A stretch of 64,000 bases of DNA from an uncultured Bacteroidota bacterium (GTDB lineage Bacteria; Bacteroidota; Bacteroidia; Flavobacteriales; Flavobacteriaceae), in NCBI GenBank assembly GCA_902523635.1, contig CABZAE010000006.1, positions 5,623 to 69,622 of the forward strand. The letters are read 5' to 3'. The notes beneath the pieces were generated by a model, which saw only the letters and a program-made list of their open reading frames with translations, was not told where the DNA came from and ran no database searches. Shown here in pieces: positions 1-9,477 of this stretch; position 1 is the first letter of the stretch, and each line of letters starts with the position of its first letter. A program made the position numbers and the translations under genes.

Positions 1-81
1 GTATATAATTAGAAAAGGATTATCATCAATTTCTGCTTTATGTAATGGTTCATGATCAAGAGTTCTAATATCTCTTTTCAT
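1..81 (-). CDS. hypothetical protein, N-terminal fragment running off the left edge
   Basis: ATG at comp(79..81) opens a stop-free frame to position 1 (MKRDIRTLDHEPLHKAEIDDNPFLIIY). It lies 40 nt downstream of, and co-directional with, the Rieske gene. No motif recognised. Confidence 0.25.
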   Translation of the reverse strand, partial: MKRDIRTLDHEPLHKAEIDDNPFLIIY

Positions 82-120
82 CCAAACCAGATTAATCTTT
101 TCTTTATTCACGTTTGTAAT

Positions 121-1215
121 TTATGAATTCATAAAATTTGAAATCAAATTATGGAAGTGATGTACTCCTTGTTCCTTTGTCGGAGAAAAACGACCAGCTT
201 TATAAAAAGATGATCTCAGTCCCATGTGGACATTTTCAACAACAAACTCGTCTTCTAATTCAACCTTGTCCAACTGGTTTCCAGCTCCCCTGTTCAATTT
301 GGATTTATCAAAAACATATGATCTAAAAGAAACTCTTGTCAATGAATCGTTGACAGGTCTTACTAAATTTATTGATAAACCCCAAGGATAGAAATTGAAC
401 ATCATGTTAGGAAATACCCAATAGTAGTAAGCAGCAATATTTTTACCAAAATCTATGTGATCAGTTGGAAGATCAAAAACTTCGGAGTCATCCTCACTAT
501 AACCAATTTGCAAATTACAAAACTCATAAACCTCCGTAGTATAGTTTTGGTAATCCAAAATCTCATTTAGATCTTTATGAACAAATGGAATATGAAACCC
601 CTCTAGATAATTGTCACAATAAAGTGCCCAATGTGCTTTGATTTCATACTCTTTGGATAAAGTTTTATCAAATTTAAATCTTTCAATAGGCATGAAACCG
701 ATTCTTTCACTCATTTTATCAATCACATTTTGAAAATCAAAGCTTGGGTTCAGGCCAATAAAAATTAATTTTCCCCATTTTGTTATTGGAAATTTATGCA
801 AATTATCACATGCACCTGGAAAATCCTTTGCTTCATTAAATTCAGGCATAAATTGATATTTGCCGTCCATATTGAATTTTCTACCATGGTACATACAAAC
901 TAATTTTTTTTGTTTAGCTGGTTCATGCACAACGATATTACCACGGTGAGTACATACGTTTGTCAAACAATGTATTTTGTTATCTTTTGTTCTTGTTACA
1001 ACAACTGGTTCAGATAAATAGTCTTCTAAAACTATTAATGGATAAACACAATTTTTTTCAGGAACCATTTCTGTGTCTCCCACCCATTGCCATGATTTTA
1101 AGAAAATTTTTGATTTTATTTTCTCAAAAACAATTGGGTCTCTGTAAAAAGAGGCTGGTAAGGTATGTGCCTTTGAAATATCAGGATCAATATAATATTT
1201 ATCTTTATTAATCAT
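121..1215 (-). CDS. Rieske [2Fe-2S] non-heme-iron oxygenase alpha subunit (choline-monooxygenase-like ring-hydroxylating family)
   Basis: 364-aa ORF. Rieske motif C-x-H-x16-C-x2-H (CTHRGNIVVHEPAKQKKLVCMYH). Mononuclear Fe motif DNYLEGFHIPFVH (H-x4-H). Confidence 0.85.
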   Translation of the reverse strand: MINKDKYYIDPDISKAHTLPASFYRDPIVFEKIKSKIFLKSWQWVGDTEMVPEKNCVYPLIVLEDYLSEPVVVTRTKDNKIHCLTNVCTHRGNIVVHEPAKQKKLVCMYHGRKFNMDGKYQFMPEFNEAKDFPGACDNLHKFPITKWGKLIFIGLNPSFDFQNVIDKMSERIGFMPIERFKFDKTLSKEYEIKAHWALYCDNYLEGFHIPFVHKDLNEILDYQNYTTEVYEFCNLQIGYSEDDSEVFDLPTDHIDFGKNIAAYYYWVFPNMMFNFYPWGLSINLVRPVNDSLTRVSFRSYVFDKSKLNRGAGNQLDKVELEDEFVVENVHMGLRSSFYKAGRFSPTKEQGVHHFHNLISNFMNS

Positions 1216-1246
1216 TTTTAATGTTTGGTGAAAATAAATTTTTATT

Positions 1247-2536
1247 GTGACTCAACAAAATGAAAAAATTGGATTAGTGGCAACAACATCTCTTGTTGTT
1301 GGAAACATGATAGGTGCTGGAATATATGTACTTCCTGCTAGTCTGGGGAAATTTGGTAGCATAAGTATTTTAGGGTGGTTATTAACTGCTGCAGGTTCTA
1401 TAATACTTGCTTCAATTTTTAGTAATTTTAGTAAACTGTTAAAAGGAAAAAATGGTGGTCCCTATCTATACTCCAAAATAGTTTTTGGAGATTTTATTGG
1501 ATTTTTAGTCGGTTGGGGATACTGGATATCGTGTTGGGTAAATAACGCGGCTATAGCAGTCGCAATTGTGAGTGCACTAAGTTTTTTTGTCCCAGAACTC
1601 GTTACCAACCCCATTTTGGCAGTTTCGACTGGTTTGTTTTTCATATGGCTATTTACTTTTACCACATCAAGAGGAATTAAATCATCAGGAAATATTCAAA
1701 TTTTAACTACAATCGCCAAAATAATTCCTCTATTATTCGTTATTATATATGGGATATTTTTTTTTGATCTTGCCGTTTTTCCTTCTTTCAACATTACAAA
1801 TCAGTCCAATATTGAAATTCTCCCAATAGTATGTGTAATGACTCTATATGCATTTTTGGGAATAGAAAGTGCAAGTATTCCAGCAGGTAATGTCAGTAAA
1901 GCAGAAAAAACCATCCCATTTGCAACAATGTTTGGAACACTGATTTCGACTTTAATCTATGTCTTTGGTACCATAATTCTTTTTGGGATATTGCCAAGCG
2001 AAACTCTGATTAATTCTCCTGCACCTTTTGCAGAAGCTGGAAAGTTAATGGGTGGGAACTTCGTGGGTTACTTAGTGTCAGCAGGTGCAGCAGTTTCAGC
2101 AATAGGAGCTTTGAATGGTTGGATATTGATTACCAGTTATATGCCTATGACAATTTCAAATGATAAACTTTTTCCAAAAATATTTGAGAAAAAAAATAAA
2201 AAAGGTTTTCCTATTGTCAGTCTAATTTTGGGAAGTATTTTAAGTTCAGTTGTAATGACCATGAATTTCAATGATGGTTTAGTCAACAAATTTGAATTTT
2301 TAATATTACTAACAACTCTTTCCACGTTGATTCCATATTTTTTTGTGAGTGTTTCTTTTGTAATATATCATCTAAATAAAAAATTTAAATACCATTCACT
2401 ATTTATTGGACTTTTGGCTACATTATATTCAGTCTGGGCAGTGTTTGGTTCGGGAATAGATTCAATTTATTATGGTACAATATTATTATTGCTCGGTGTA
2501 CCAATTTACTTTTACATGAAATTAAAAAAGCCCTAA
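1247..2536 (+). CDS. APC-superfamily amino acid permease
   Basis: 429-aa polytopic membrane ORF (about 12 hydrophobic segments). N-terminal GNMIGAGIYVLP signature typical of amino acid/polyamine/organocation transporters. Confidence 0.85.
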   Translation: MTQQNEKIGLVATTSLVVGNMIGAGIYVLPASLGKFGSISILGWLLTAAGSIILASIFSNFSKLLKGKNGGPYLYSKIVFGDFIGFLVGWGYWISCWVNNAAIAVAIVSALSFFVPELVTNPILAVSTGLFFIWLFTFTTSRGIKSSGNIQILTTIAKIIPLLFVIIYGIFFFDLAVFPSFNITNQSNIEILPIVCVMTLYAFLGIESASIPAGNVSKAEKTIPFATMFGTLISTLIYVFGTIILFGILPSETLINSPAPFAEAGKLMGGNFVGYLVSAGAAVSAIGALNGWILITSYMPMTISNDKLFPKIFEKKNKKGFPIVSLILGSILSSVVMTMNFNDGLVNKFEFLILLTTLSTLIPYFFVSVSFVIYHLNKKFKYHSLFIGLLATLYSVWAVFGSGIDSIYYGTILLLLGVPIYFYMKLKKP

Positions 2537-2569
2537 AAAGAGCTTTTTTAATAATATAGTTAACACCTG

Positions 2570-3796
2570 TTATTTTGGATCTTGATAATCATAATAACCT
2601 TCAACTGGAATCATTAAGTGTGCATAATCAGTTCCAGCAAACATAACATAAGGTGCACCAGAATTAAAATCTGTGGTTTGTCCGTCAAGAGTGCTTGGAT
2701 CTTTGGGCATCAACATCAAATGTGCTCCCGATTCAATCCATGCCCCTTCAACTGAGTCTTCTTTGTTTAAAACACCTGCCTTTGTATTATCCTCACCCAT
2801 ATCTCCATGAAGCATCCATGCCCAACCATCACTTTCCATAGTTGTCTTTGGTTTTACTCCAGCAAAATAAGCAGAAACCCATGCGAAAGATTGAGCATCC
2901 CCAACCATTGGCATAGCTTCGTGAGCATCTTTCCATCCATTTTCAGGGTCTGCAGGTCCTCTTGGATTAGCAGCCATGGCTGTCCAACCATTTGTACCTT
3001 CTCTCAAAACAATTTGATTTCCATCTGCATCCATATCAACAACTGTACAATTAGCAGCAATAAAGGATGGAGCAGCGGTACTGTACGCCCATATTTTCCA
3101 CTCTGTTGAGGTATGTGGAGCGTCAGGTTCAACATTATAATTTTCAAGATTAGGAATTGTAGGAATAGGATCTTGGTAATCATAATAACCTTCTGTTGGG
3201 ATCATAAGGTGAGCATAATCTGTTCCCTCAAACATAACATAAGGGGCACCCGTATTGAAATCAGTCGTTTGGCCTTCTAAAGTACTGGTGTCTTTCGGCA
3301 TCAACATAAGATGTGGTCCTGATTCTATCCATAAACCATCAGGTGTGTTTGCCTTATCGCCCTCTGAATAAGGTCTAAAGTTATCAACCCCTAGATCTCC
3401 ATGTAACATCCAAATCCATCCATCACCATTCATCTCTGGCTTAGTTTTGTTCATATAAGCGTCCATCCAATTGAATGACTCTGCATCTCCAACCATTGGA
3501 ATCGCTTCATGTCTATCTTCATATCCATTGTCAGGGTCAGCTGGTCCTGCCATATTTCCTGACATAGCAGTCCATCCATTAGTTCCTTCACGAAGGACTG
3601 TTCCATCAACATCAACAACGGTGCAATTGGCTGCAATAAAAGAAGGTGCAGCTGAGCTATATGCCCAAATTTTCCACTCCACAGAGGTGTGTGATCCTTC
3701 AGGTTCGCCATCAACACCAACAGCTTTTGGTTTTGGTACAGTTGTGTTACAACTCAAAAACAAAGCTGAAACGAATAGAATAATAATATTTTTCAT
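2570..3796 (-). CDS. lipoprotein of unknown function made of two tandem ~180-aa repeats (Met/His/Trp-rich)
   Basis: 408-aa ORF with lipobox LFLSC. Residues 36-210 and 228-408 are clear paralogous repeats. Local GC is higher than in neighbours. Last gene of the TBDR/HMA run. Confidence 0.8.
   Translation of the reverse strand: MKNIIILFVSALFLSCNTTVPKPKAVGVDGEPEGSHTSVEWKIWAYSSAAPSFIAANCTVVDVDGTVLREGTNGWTAMSGNMAGPADPDNGYEDRHEAIPMVGDAESFNWMDAYMNKTKPEMNGDGWIWMLHGDLGVDNFRPYSEGDKANTPDGLWIESGPHLMLMPKDTSTLEGQTTDFNTGAPYVMFEGTDYAHLMIPTEGYYDYQDPIPTIPNLENYNVEPDAPHTSTEWKIWAYSTAAPSFIAANCTVVDMDADGNQIVLREGTNGWTAMAANPRGPADPENGWKDAHEAMPMVGDAQSFAWVSAYFAGVKPKTTMESDGWAWMLHGDMGEDNTKAGVLNKEDSVEGAWIESGAHLMLMPKDPSTLDGQTTDFNSGAPYVMFAGTDYAHLMIPVEGYYDYQDPK
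2573..3691 (-). repeat. intragenic tandem duplication (repeat 1 = 3167..3691, repeat 2 = 2573..3115, 17-codon linker)
   Basis: Both halves run from HTS(V/T)EWKIWAYS..AAPSFIAANCTVVD through GWxWMLHGD and HLMLMPKD to YAHLMIPxEGYYDYQDP. Confidence 0.85.
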
Positions 3797-3826
3797 TTTT
3801 TAGTTTTTATTTTAAAATTAGGAAGA

Positions 3827-4246
3827 TTAATTTGACTTAAGTTTCATGTTAGGATCATATTGACAACAAAGTGGTAGTTCGTCGTAATTGTCCATGTTGT
3901 GTTCCACAAGCTCAGTACCATATCCAGAGTTGGCTATTGCCTTGTGAATTGAAATTAACTCTACGACTTGTGGGTCATAAACTAGACTAATTTGCTTAGA
4001 TTGTCCATTCCAATCAGCACTTAATACACCATCTAGTGATAAAGCAGCAGTTTCAATCGTTTTTTTACACATGCCACAATTCCCTTTTACTCCAAAGGAT
4101 GTTTGGTTACCCATTAGTTCAACTATTTTCTCAGGACTTGGAATAGCTGTACTTTGTGTAAATGACTTGTCATTAATAGTCCATAGGAGTAAGACTGTTA
4201 AACCGGATGTAATTAGCACTACTAATAATGTTTTTGATTTTTTCAT
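3827..4246 (-). CDS. exported heavy-metal-associated (HMA) domain protein
   Basis: 139 aa. N-terminal hydrophobic signal/anchor. HMA-type GNCGMCKKTIE (CxxC) motif. C-terminal LPLCCQYDP dicysteine. Confidence 0.75.
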   Translation of the reverse strand: MKKSKTLLVVLITSGLTVLLLWTINDKSFTQSTAIPSPEKIVELMGNQTSFGVKGNCGMCKKTIETAALSLDGVLSADWNGQSKQISLVYDPQVVELISIHKAIANSGYGTELVEHNMDNYDELPLCCQYDPNMKLKSN

Positions 4247-4247
4247 T

Positions 4248-4592
4248 TTAATGTGGTGTATTTGTTTTATAGAAGCAACATTCAGGCAAGCTGTTATAAA
4301 CCGTTTCAGGGGCTTTGTGTTTTTCAGTATCGTGACCTAAAGCGGCAATTTGTTTCTGGATTGAATCCAAATTGATTTTGTTCGAATTATAAATTATAGA
4401 TAGGTTGTTAGATGCTAAATCCCAATTGGCATACTTAACACCCTTAATCTTAACTGATCCAATATCAATTCTCTTTTTACACATATCACAAACACCATTG
4501 ACAATAAATGTTGCTTTTTTATTCTTATCTCCAGAATCCTGACTAAATCCAAAAGAAAAGAATAAAAGAAAAAATATAGAGATATATTTCAC
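4248..4592 (-). CDS. exported heavy-metal-associated (HMA) domain protein, paralog of the downstream gene
   Basis: 114 aa. Signal peptide MKYISIFFLLFFSFGFS. CxxC motif GVCDMCKKRID. C-terminal LPECCFYKTN dicysteine. 1-nt gap to the next gene. Confidence 0.75.
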   Translation of the reverse strand: MKYISIFFLLFFSFGFSQDSGDKNKKATFIVNGVCDMCKKRIDIGSVKIKGVKYANWDLASNNLSIIYNSNKINLDSIQKQIAALGHDTEKHKAPETVYNSLPECCFYKTNTPH

Positions 4593-4601
4593 AATTCAAA
4601 G

Positions 4602-6830
4602 TTACAATTTTAATCTTATTCCAGCATAAATCAATGGAGCATTTATGGGTGCATAAATTAAAGTTCCATCAAAACTTGTTGAAAACGGATTTTCTGAACT
4701 CAAAATTGGAGTTTTTTGAGTATAGTTTCCTAAGTTTTCACCCCCTAAATAAATTTCAAATTTTTCAGAAAAAACTCGTGTAACTTGGGAATTAAATAGT
4801 GAATATGATGGACTCATTCCTAATAAATTAGATAAACCACTATGCTCTGGTAATCTCTGTTTACCAACATTGTTTAAGGTAAAATCAAATTTCCAAAATG
4901 CCCCTTTTTCGTTTGCATCAGAGGAATAGTCTAGATTTATAAAAAATCTATTTTTTGGAGTTAACGGATTCTGTTTTAATCCAGAATTATATTGTTTGTT
5001 CACCTGATAATTCTTGTAGGCAGTTTTCATTTTGATTTTTCTGGTTAACTGGTAGTCGATTTCTAATTGAAAACTCCTTGCATAACTTTTTCCGTTTAGG
5101 TTGTAAAAACTCAATTCACCTTCTGTTTCCCAATCAACCACAATTTGATTTTCGAAATCAGTAACATAGTAATCAAATGTCACATCACCATCATTTCCAT
5201 TCATATTAAAACCTTGACGAAAACTTAAACCATAATTCCATGCTTTCTCAGGATCTAGTCCGTAAAATCTACCATTATTATTAATTATATTGATTTTCCT
5301 TCCAGTTGAAAAAATTTCTTGATTTTCTGCATAAATATTAGAAGGTTTTCTACCAGAACCAACAGAAAATCTCATAACAGTTTTTTCCTTAGGTTGATAT
5401 CTCAAATGAAGCCTAGGAGTAAAAAAAGATCCCAAATTGTTATGTATGTCATATCGCAAACCAGCAGTAAAGCTGAAATTTGTGGTGTTATCATAACTGT
5501 ATTCAAAATAACCTCCAACTGACCTGTCAATTCTTTCTGTTTTGTTTTTATCTATATCTATAAGCTCTTCGTAATCATCATAAGTCAAATTAATACCTGT
5601 TTTAATCTTATTCATTGTATTTCCTATGATCGAATTATAAATTAGATTTGAATATAAACTTCTGTGTATAACATTGTAGTTCCTAATTCCAAAAAAAGAA
5701 TTTTGATCATGATCGGAGTACGCCATTTGGAAGCCCAAAGATTGATACGGAATGTTTGGGTTGACATAACCTAGCTTGAAACTGGCATCCAATCTTTCGG
5801 TTTTCACTTCACTTAACCAAAGTTTATTTAACAAACTGTTGGTATCAAACTTTTCACCACCCTTTTTTTCATTTTTCATAAACTTAATACCAAAAAAACC
5901 AACCAGACCCCTTTCCAGATCTGTTAATTGCCACCTGTTAAATATATTGTATCCCTCAACAAGTGGAGTATCCAAAAAACCATCATTATTTTTATCGTGT
6001 TTTTCATTTCTATGATCAGCGTGAATAAATAATCCAGTACTCAATTTTTCATTTAGTATTCTATTTAAGTGAAAATTCAACTCATTTCTACCCATGTTAT
6101 TTCTAAAAACATTAATGAAGGTAGGAACATCACTAATTGGTTTATTTAATTCTATATTTACCTGCCCAGAAATACTTTCAAATCCATTAACCACACTTCC
6201 AACTCCCTTAGTTACCTGCATACTTTCAACCCACGTTCCAGGGATGAATGATAAACCAAAAACTTGAGACGCACCCCTCACCATAGGGATGTTTTCTTCG
6301 GTTATTAGAAGGTATGGACTTTCTAGACCAAGCATCCTAACTTCCTTTACTCCAGTTATTGCGTTTGAGAAACTAACATCAATTGATGGGTTTGTCTCAA
6401 AACTTTCTGAAACGTTACAACAAGCAGCCTTGAGTAATTCATCACTTGAAACACTTACAATATTCATGGTTTTAAAATATGATTTCTGAATTGTATTTTT
6501 TCTCTTCATCACAACAACTTCATCTAACTCATCCGATTGTTCAGTTAGAAAATGATCATAATTGTATAAATCAACAATCTCAACAAGATCCTCTTTGTAT
6601 CCTAATATTTTAATCACTAGGTCTTTTGATTCATTTGAAATTGGTATGGAATAACTTCCATCATCGTCTGAAACAACTCCTACAGTTGTGCCTTTCCAAA
6701 ATATGTTAACTCCACCAATGCCTTGATAACTTCCATCATCCGAGGGTATGTAAACTTTTCCATTTAGCATTTCTTGACCAGTTGAAATGAAGCAAAAGAA
6801 AAAAATTAAAAATGATAATTTAATTTTCAC
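4602..6830 (-). CDS. TonB-dependent outer-membrane receptor with CarboxypepD_reg-like N-terminal domain
   Basis: 742 aa. Signal peptide. N-terminal GKVY..GIGGVNIF..GVVSDDDGSYSI (carboxypeptidase-regulatory-like fold). Plug-like region. Long Gly/Tyr/Asn-rich beta-barrel with amphipathic C-terminal strand. Confidence 0.85.
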   Translation of the reverse strand: MKIKLSFLIFFFCFISTGQEMLNGKVYIPSDDGSYQGIGGVNIFWKGTTVGVVSDDDGSYSIPISNESKDLVIKILGYKEDLVEIVDLYNYDHFLTEQSDELDEVVVMKRKNTIQKSYFKTMNIVSVSSDELLKAACCNVSESFETNPSIDVSFSNAITGVKEVRMLGLESPYLLITEENIPMVRGASQVFGLSFIPGTWVESMQVTKGVGSVVNGFESISGQVNIELNKPISDVPTFINVFRNNMGRNELNFHLNRILNEKLSTGLFIHADHRNEKHDKNNDGFLDTPLVEGYNIFNRWQLTDLERGLVGFFGIKFMKNEKKGGEKFDTNSLLNKLWLSEVKTERLDASFKLGYVNPNIPYQSLGFQMAYSDHDQNSFFGIRNYNVIHRSLYSNLIYNSIIGNTMNKIKTGINLTYDDYEELIDIDKNKTERIDRSVGGYFEYSYDNTTNFSFTAGLRYDIHNNLGSFFTPRLHLRYQPKEKTVMRFSVGSGRKPSNIYAENQEIFSTGRKINIINNNGRFYGLDPEKAWNYGLSFRQGFNMNGNDGDVTFDYYVTDFENQIVVDWETEGELSFYNLNGKSYARSFQLEIDYQLTRKIKMKTAYKNYQVNKQYNSGLKQNPLTPKNRFFINLDYSSDANEKGAFWKFDFTLNNVGKQRLPEHSGLSNLLGMSPSYSLFNSQVTRVFSEKFEIYLGGENLGNYTQKTPILSSENPFSTSFDGTLIYAPINAPLIYAGIRLKL

Positions 6831-7878
6831 TAAATAAATATTTTTTAGACCGATTAATTGAATTAAGCCTTATATCTTCCCAAAACATATTAATATCTGC
6901 TTTATGGTAATCTCTCACGGTGGATACTGCTATTTTTTTTAATAAATCCATTTTAGGGATATTAACATAAACAGCCTTATCCATATTTTCAATTTTAACA
7001 GACTTTGGATAAACTTTAGAGTTTAAATAAAGAAACCCTTTATGAGAGGAAAACTTTGATTTTTTTTCTAAGTTCCAAGTTATTGGATTAATACAAAGTG
7101 CATCATCGAGATAATCAAAAGGAACAGTAAATGACGTGTTTTGGGTTTTTCTTTTTGACATTTTCCTATGAGTATTCCAGGTTACGAATCCACCTGTTTC
7201 GTCTTTATCAGTCATCAATTTTAGGTTTTTAAAATCCTGATCTGTAATCTTAGTTCCTATTAGATAAGCTGCTATGAGTTTTTTCTGTAAAGGTTTTTCA
7301 TCAAAGAAATCTTGTAAAATTCTTTTTGCATGGCCAGCTCCTTGACTATGGCTAGCTATTATTATGGGTTTATCAGAATTATACTTTTCTAAAAAAGTTA
7401 TAAAAGCATTTTTGACATCTTGATAAGCAATTTCAAAAGCTTGTTTTCCACCATTTTCCCAATAAATATCTTCAAAGACTCTCAAATGAGCCTGTCTGTA
7501 TAGTGGGGCATATAAATCACCAACAGAATACCACGCAGATGACTGATACTTTATAGTTGAGCCAAGAACATAATCACGAATTTTGGGATCAAAAATATCG
7601 GCATTCCATGATTGATCATTCTTATCTGAATGCATAGTTGGATAAATAAAAAAGACATCTACAGGGAGCTTTTCTTTATTGTTTTCAAAATCCGAAAATT
7701 CAGAAACTTGAATTTCTGGGTGGACGGCCCAGCTGTTCAAATTTTGATAATCCGGCTCTTTGGGTGGCTTAACACTTTCAAAATTAGTAGTCTTGTATTC
7801 AACTAATTTTTTGGACTCCGAAAGTAAACCACAAGAGTTTAGAGATATTAGTAATATTATAATAAGAGCTCTGAACAT
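6820..7878 (-). CDS. DUF3089-type alpha/beta hydrolase lipoprotein
   Basis: The track ORF starts at 7944, but Met23 (7878) gives a clean lipoprotein signal (MFRALIIILLISLNSC) and removes the overlap with the upstream gene. Nucleophile elbow ASHSQGAGH. Confidence 0.7.
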   Translation of the reverse strand: MFRALIIILLISLNSCGLLSESKKLVEYKTTNFESVKPPKEPDYQNLNSWAVHPEIQVSEFSDFENNKEKLPVDVFFIYPTMHSDKNDQSWNADIFDPKIRDYVLGSTIKYQSSAWYSVGDLYAPLYRQAHLRVFEDIYWENGGKQAFEIAYQDVKNAFITFLEKYNSDKPIIIASHSQGAGHAKRILQDFFDEKPLQKKLIAAYLIGTKITDQDFKNLKLMTDKDETGGFVTWNTHRKMSKRKTQNTSFTVPFDYLDDALCINPITWNLEKKSKFSSHKGFLYLNSKVYPKSVKIENMDKAVYVNIPKMDLLKKIAVSTVRDYHKADINMFWEDIRLNSINRSKKYLFSEN

Positions 7879-7897
7879 GAAGAAGTAAATTTCTAAT

Positions 7898-8617
7898 CTA
7901 TTCAAGAATAACAGTCCTCTCGGACGGATTAAACGGAGTTTCAATTAAAACTCCGTCATTATTAACTAATTCAAGTTTTATAGAAATCTCTCCCAAGGGC
8001 AATCCCTCAATGTAATAAGGAGTCCACTCATCAATCAAAAAAACAACATCGTTGATTGTAGCTTTTACTTTGTTCCCTGTAGGTGAAATATCAGTGTTGA
8101 CTAAATAAAAATCAAGAAGTAATTTTTTAGTGTCATTACCCTTGTAAGTACCCTTTGGTCTACTGTAAAATAAAAACTCATTAGTCAGATCATAGCTTTG
8201 ATTTTCTCCAAACTGTGTTAAGAAATAAGCATTTGGATTTTTTACAGATTCATGATAAGATCTAGATAAAAAAGCCAATACCACATCACCATCATTCACA
8301 TCAGCAGAAAAGTCCTGATTATAATGCGCAAAATAAGGTCCGTTGTTGACTATAAAATGAATATGTTGACCTTTGGCAGAATTTGCGAGATCATTGTTCA
8401 TGTTGTTTATTGTTTGGGCTCCTAATTCATAATTCTCAATTTCAAAGAAAAAAGAATAAATACTATCATTTTTAATAGCATTAACTGAGGATATTTTTGA
8501 GTTTTCGTATTTGGGAGAACCTTCTAATTTTGTGATTGTTATATTTTCTGAACTTCCACAGGAAATAAAAATACAAGAAATTAAAAGGACATAAATTTTA
8601 TTTAAATTCATTAACAT
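7898..8617 (-). CDS. hypothetical lipoprotein
   Basis: 239-aa ORF with lipobox (LISCIFISCGS). No catalytic motif recognised. Confidence 0.6.
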   Translation of the reverse strand: MLMNLNKIYVLLISCIFISCGSSENITITKLEGSPKYENSKISSVNAIKNDSIYSFFFEIENYELGAQTINNMNNDLANSAKGQHIHFIVNNGPYFAHYNQDFSADVNDGDVVLAFLSRSYHESVKNPNAYFLTQFGENQSYDLTNEFLFYSRPKGTYKGNDTKKLLLDFYLVNTDISPTGNKVKATINDVVFLIDEWTPYYIEGLPLGEISIKLELVNNDGVLIETPFNPSERTVILE

Positions 8618-8655
8618 AAGTTTAATTTTAATCTACAAATTTAATAATATCTTAG

Positions 8656-9453
8656 TCACCATTCTCTATTTTTATTTGTTTCTTCCATTTGATTAATTTC
8701 CTCTTGTGATAAAACTTTCAAAAAGGATGGATGTTGTTCAATTGCATATTCAATTTTTTCAACAATACTTTCAATAGATTCATTTTCATAATCAATTTCT
8801 AATGGCTCCTTAATTTCCATGGACTGCAAAATATTTTTTTTTCTGATTCTGATACCTTTTTTATCAAAAGATCTTCTAAATCCATCAATTACAATTGGAA
8901 TTACAATCGGTTTATACTTTTTTATTATATGTGCTGTTCCTCTTCTAATCGGTTTAAAAGGTGTGGTTGTCCCCTGAGGGAATGTGATTACCCAACCATC
9001 ATTCAATGCAATTCCTATTTTACTTACATCGCTCATTTTCACTTGTCTATTAACATCCTCACCTTTTGATCTCCAAGTACGGTCAATCGGAACGGAACCA
9101 ACATATGCTAATATCTTTGGAAATAAACCGTCATTCATTGTTTCTTTTGCAGCTATGTAATAGATGTTTAATTTGGGTTTCCATAAATACATCAAATTTT
9201 TAATTGAATCATCTCTTCCACTCAAACTGGCGTTGAATACATGAAACATGGCAACAACATCTGCGAAATAGGTTTGATGATTGGATACAAACAATACATT
9301 AGAATCTGGAAGAGACCTAATAATATCTGATCCTTCAATATTAAGCTGATTAAAACCCTTAAATCTTTGATGTGAAAGTACACCTAGAATTCTAATTAAC
9401 CACTTTTTTATCAATAAAATATGACCAAAGGGATTTCTTTTAAAAAATTTCAA
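8656..9453 (-). CDS. lysophospholipid (1-acyl-sn-glycerol-3-phosphate) acyltransferase family protein
   Basis: 265 aa. PlsC-like blocks: VSNHQTYFAD (His/Asp block) and ITFPQGTT (PEG-like block). Confidence 0.7.
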   Translation of the reverse strand: MKFFKRNPFGHILLIKKWLIRILGVLSHQRFKGFNQLNIEGSDIIRSLPDSNVLFVSNHQTYFADVVAMFHVFNASLSGRDDSIKNLMYLWKPKLNIYYIAAKETMNDGLFPKILAYVGSVPIDRTWRSKGEDVNRQVKMSDVSKIGIALNDGWVITFPQGTTTPFKPIRRGTAHIIKKYKPIVIPIVIDGFRRSFDKKGIRIRKKNILQSMEIKEPLEIDYENESIESIVEKIEYAIEQHPSFLKVLSQEEINQMEETNKNREW

Positions 9454-9477
9454 GTAATAGTATTTGTTGTAAAAGTA

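Noticed and set aside
2807-3803. Track ORFs 2807..3109(+), 3451..3720(-) and 3471..3803(+), which overlap the duplicated lipoprotein gene.
   Set aside because: They are shadow ORFs produced by the locally higher GC. They have low-complexity Ser/Pro/Cys-rich translations and no motifs, and they lie entirely inside a CDS with a clear lipobox and internal repeat structure.
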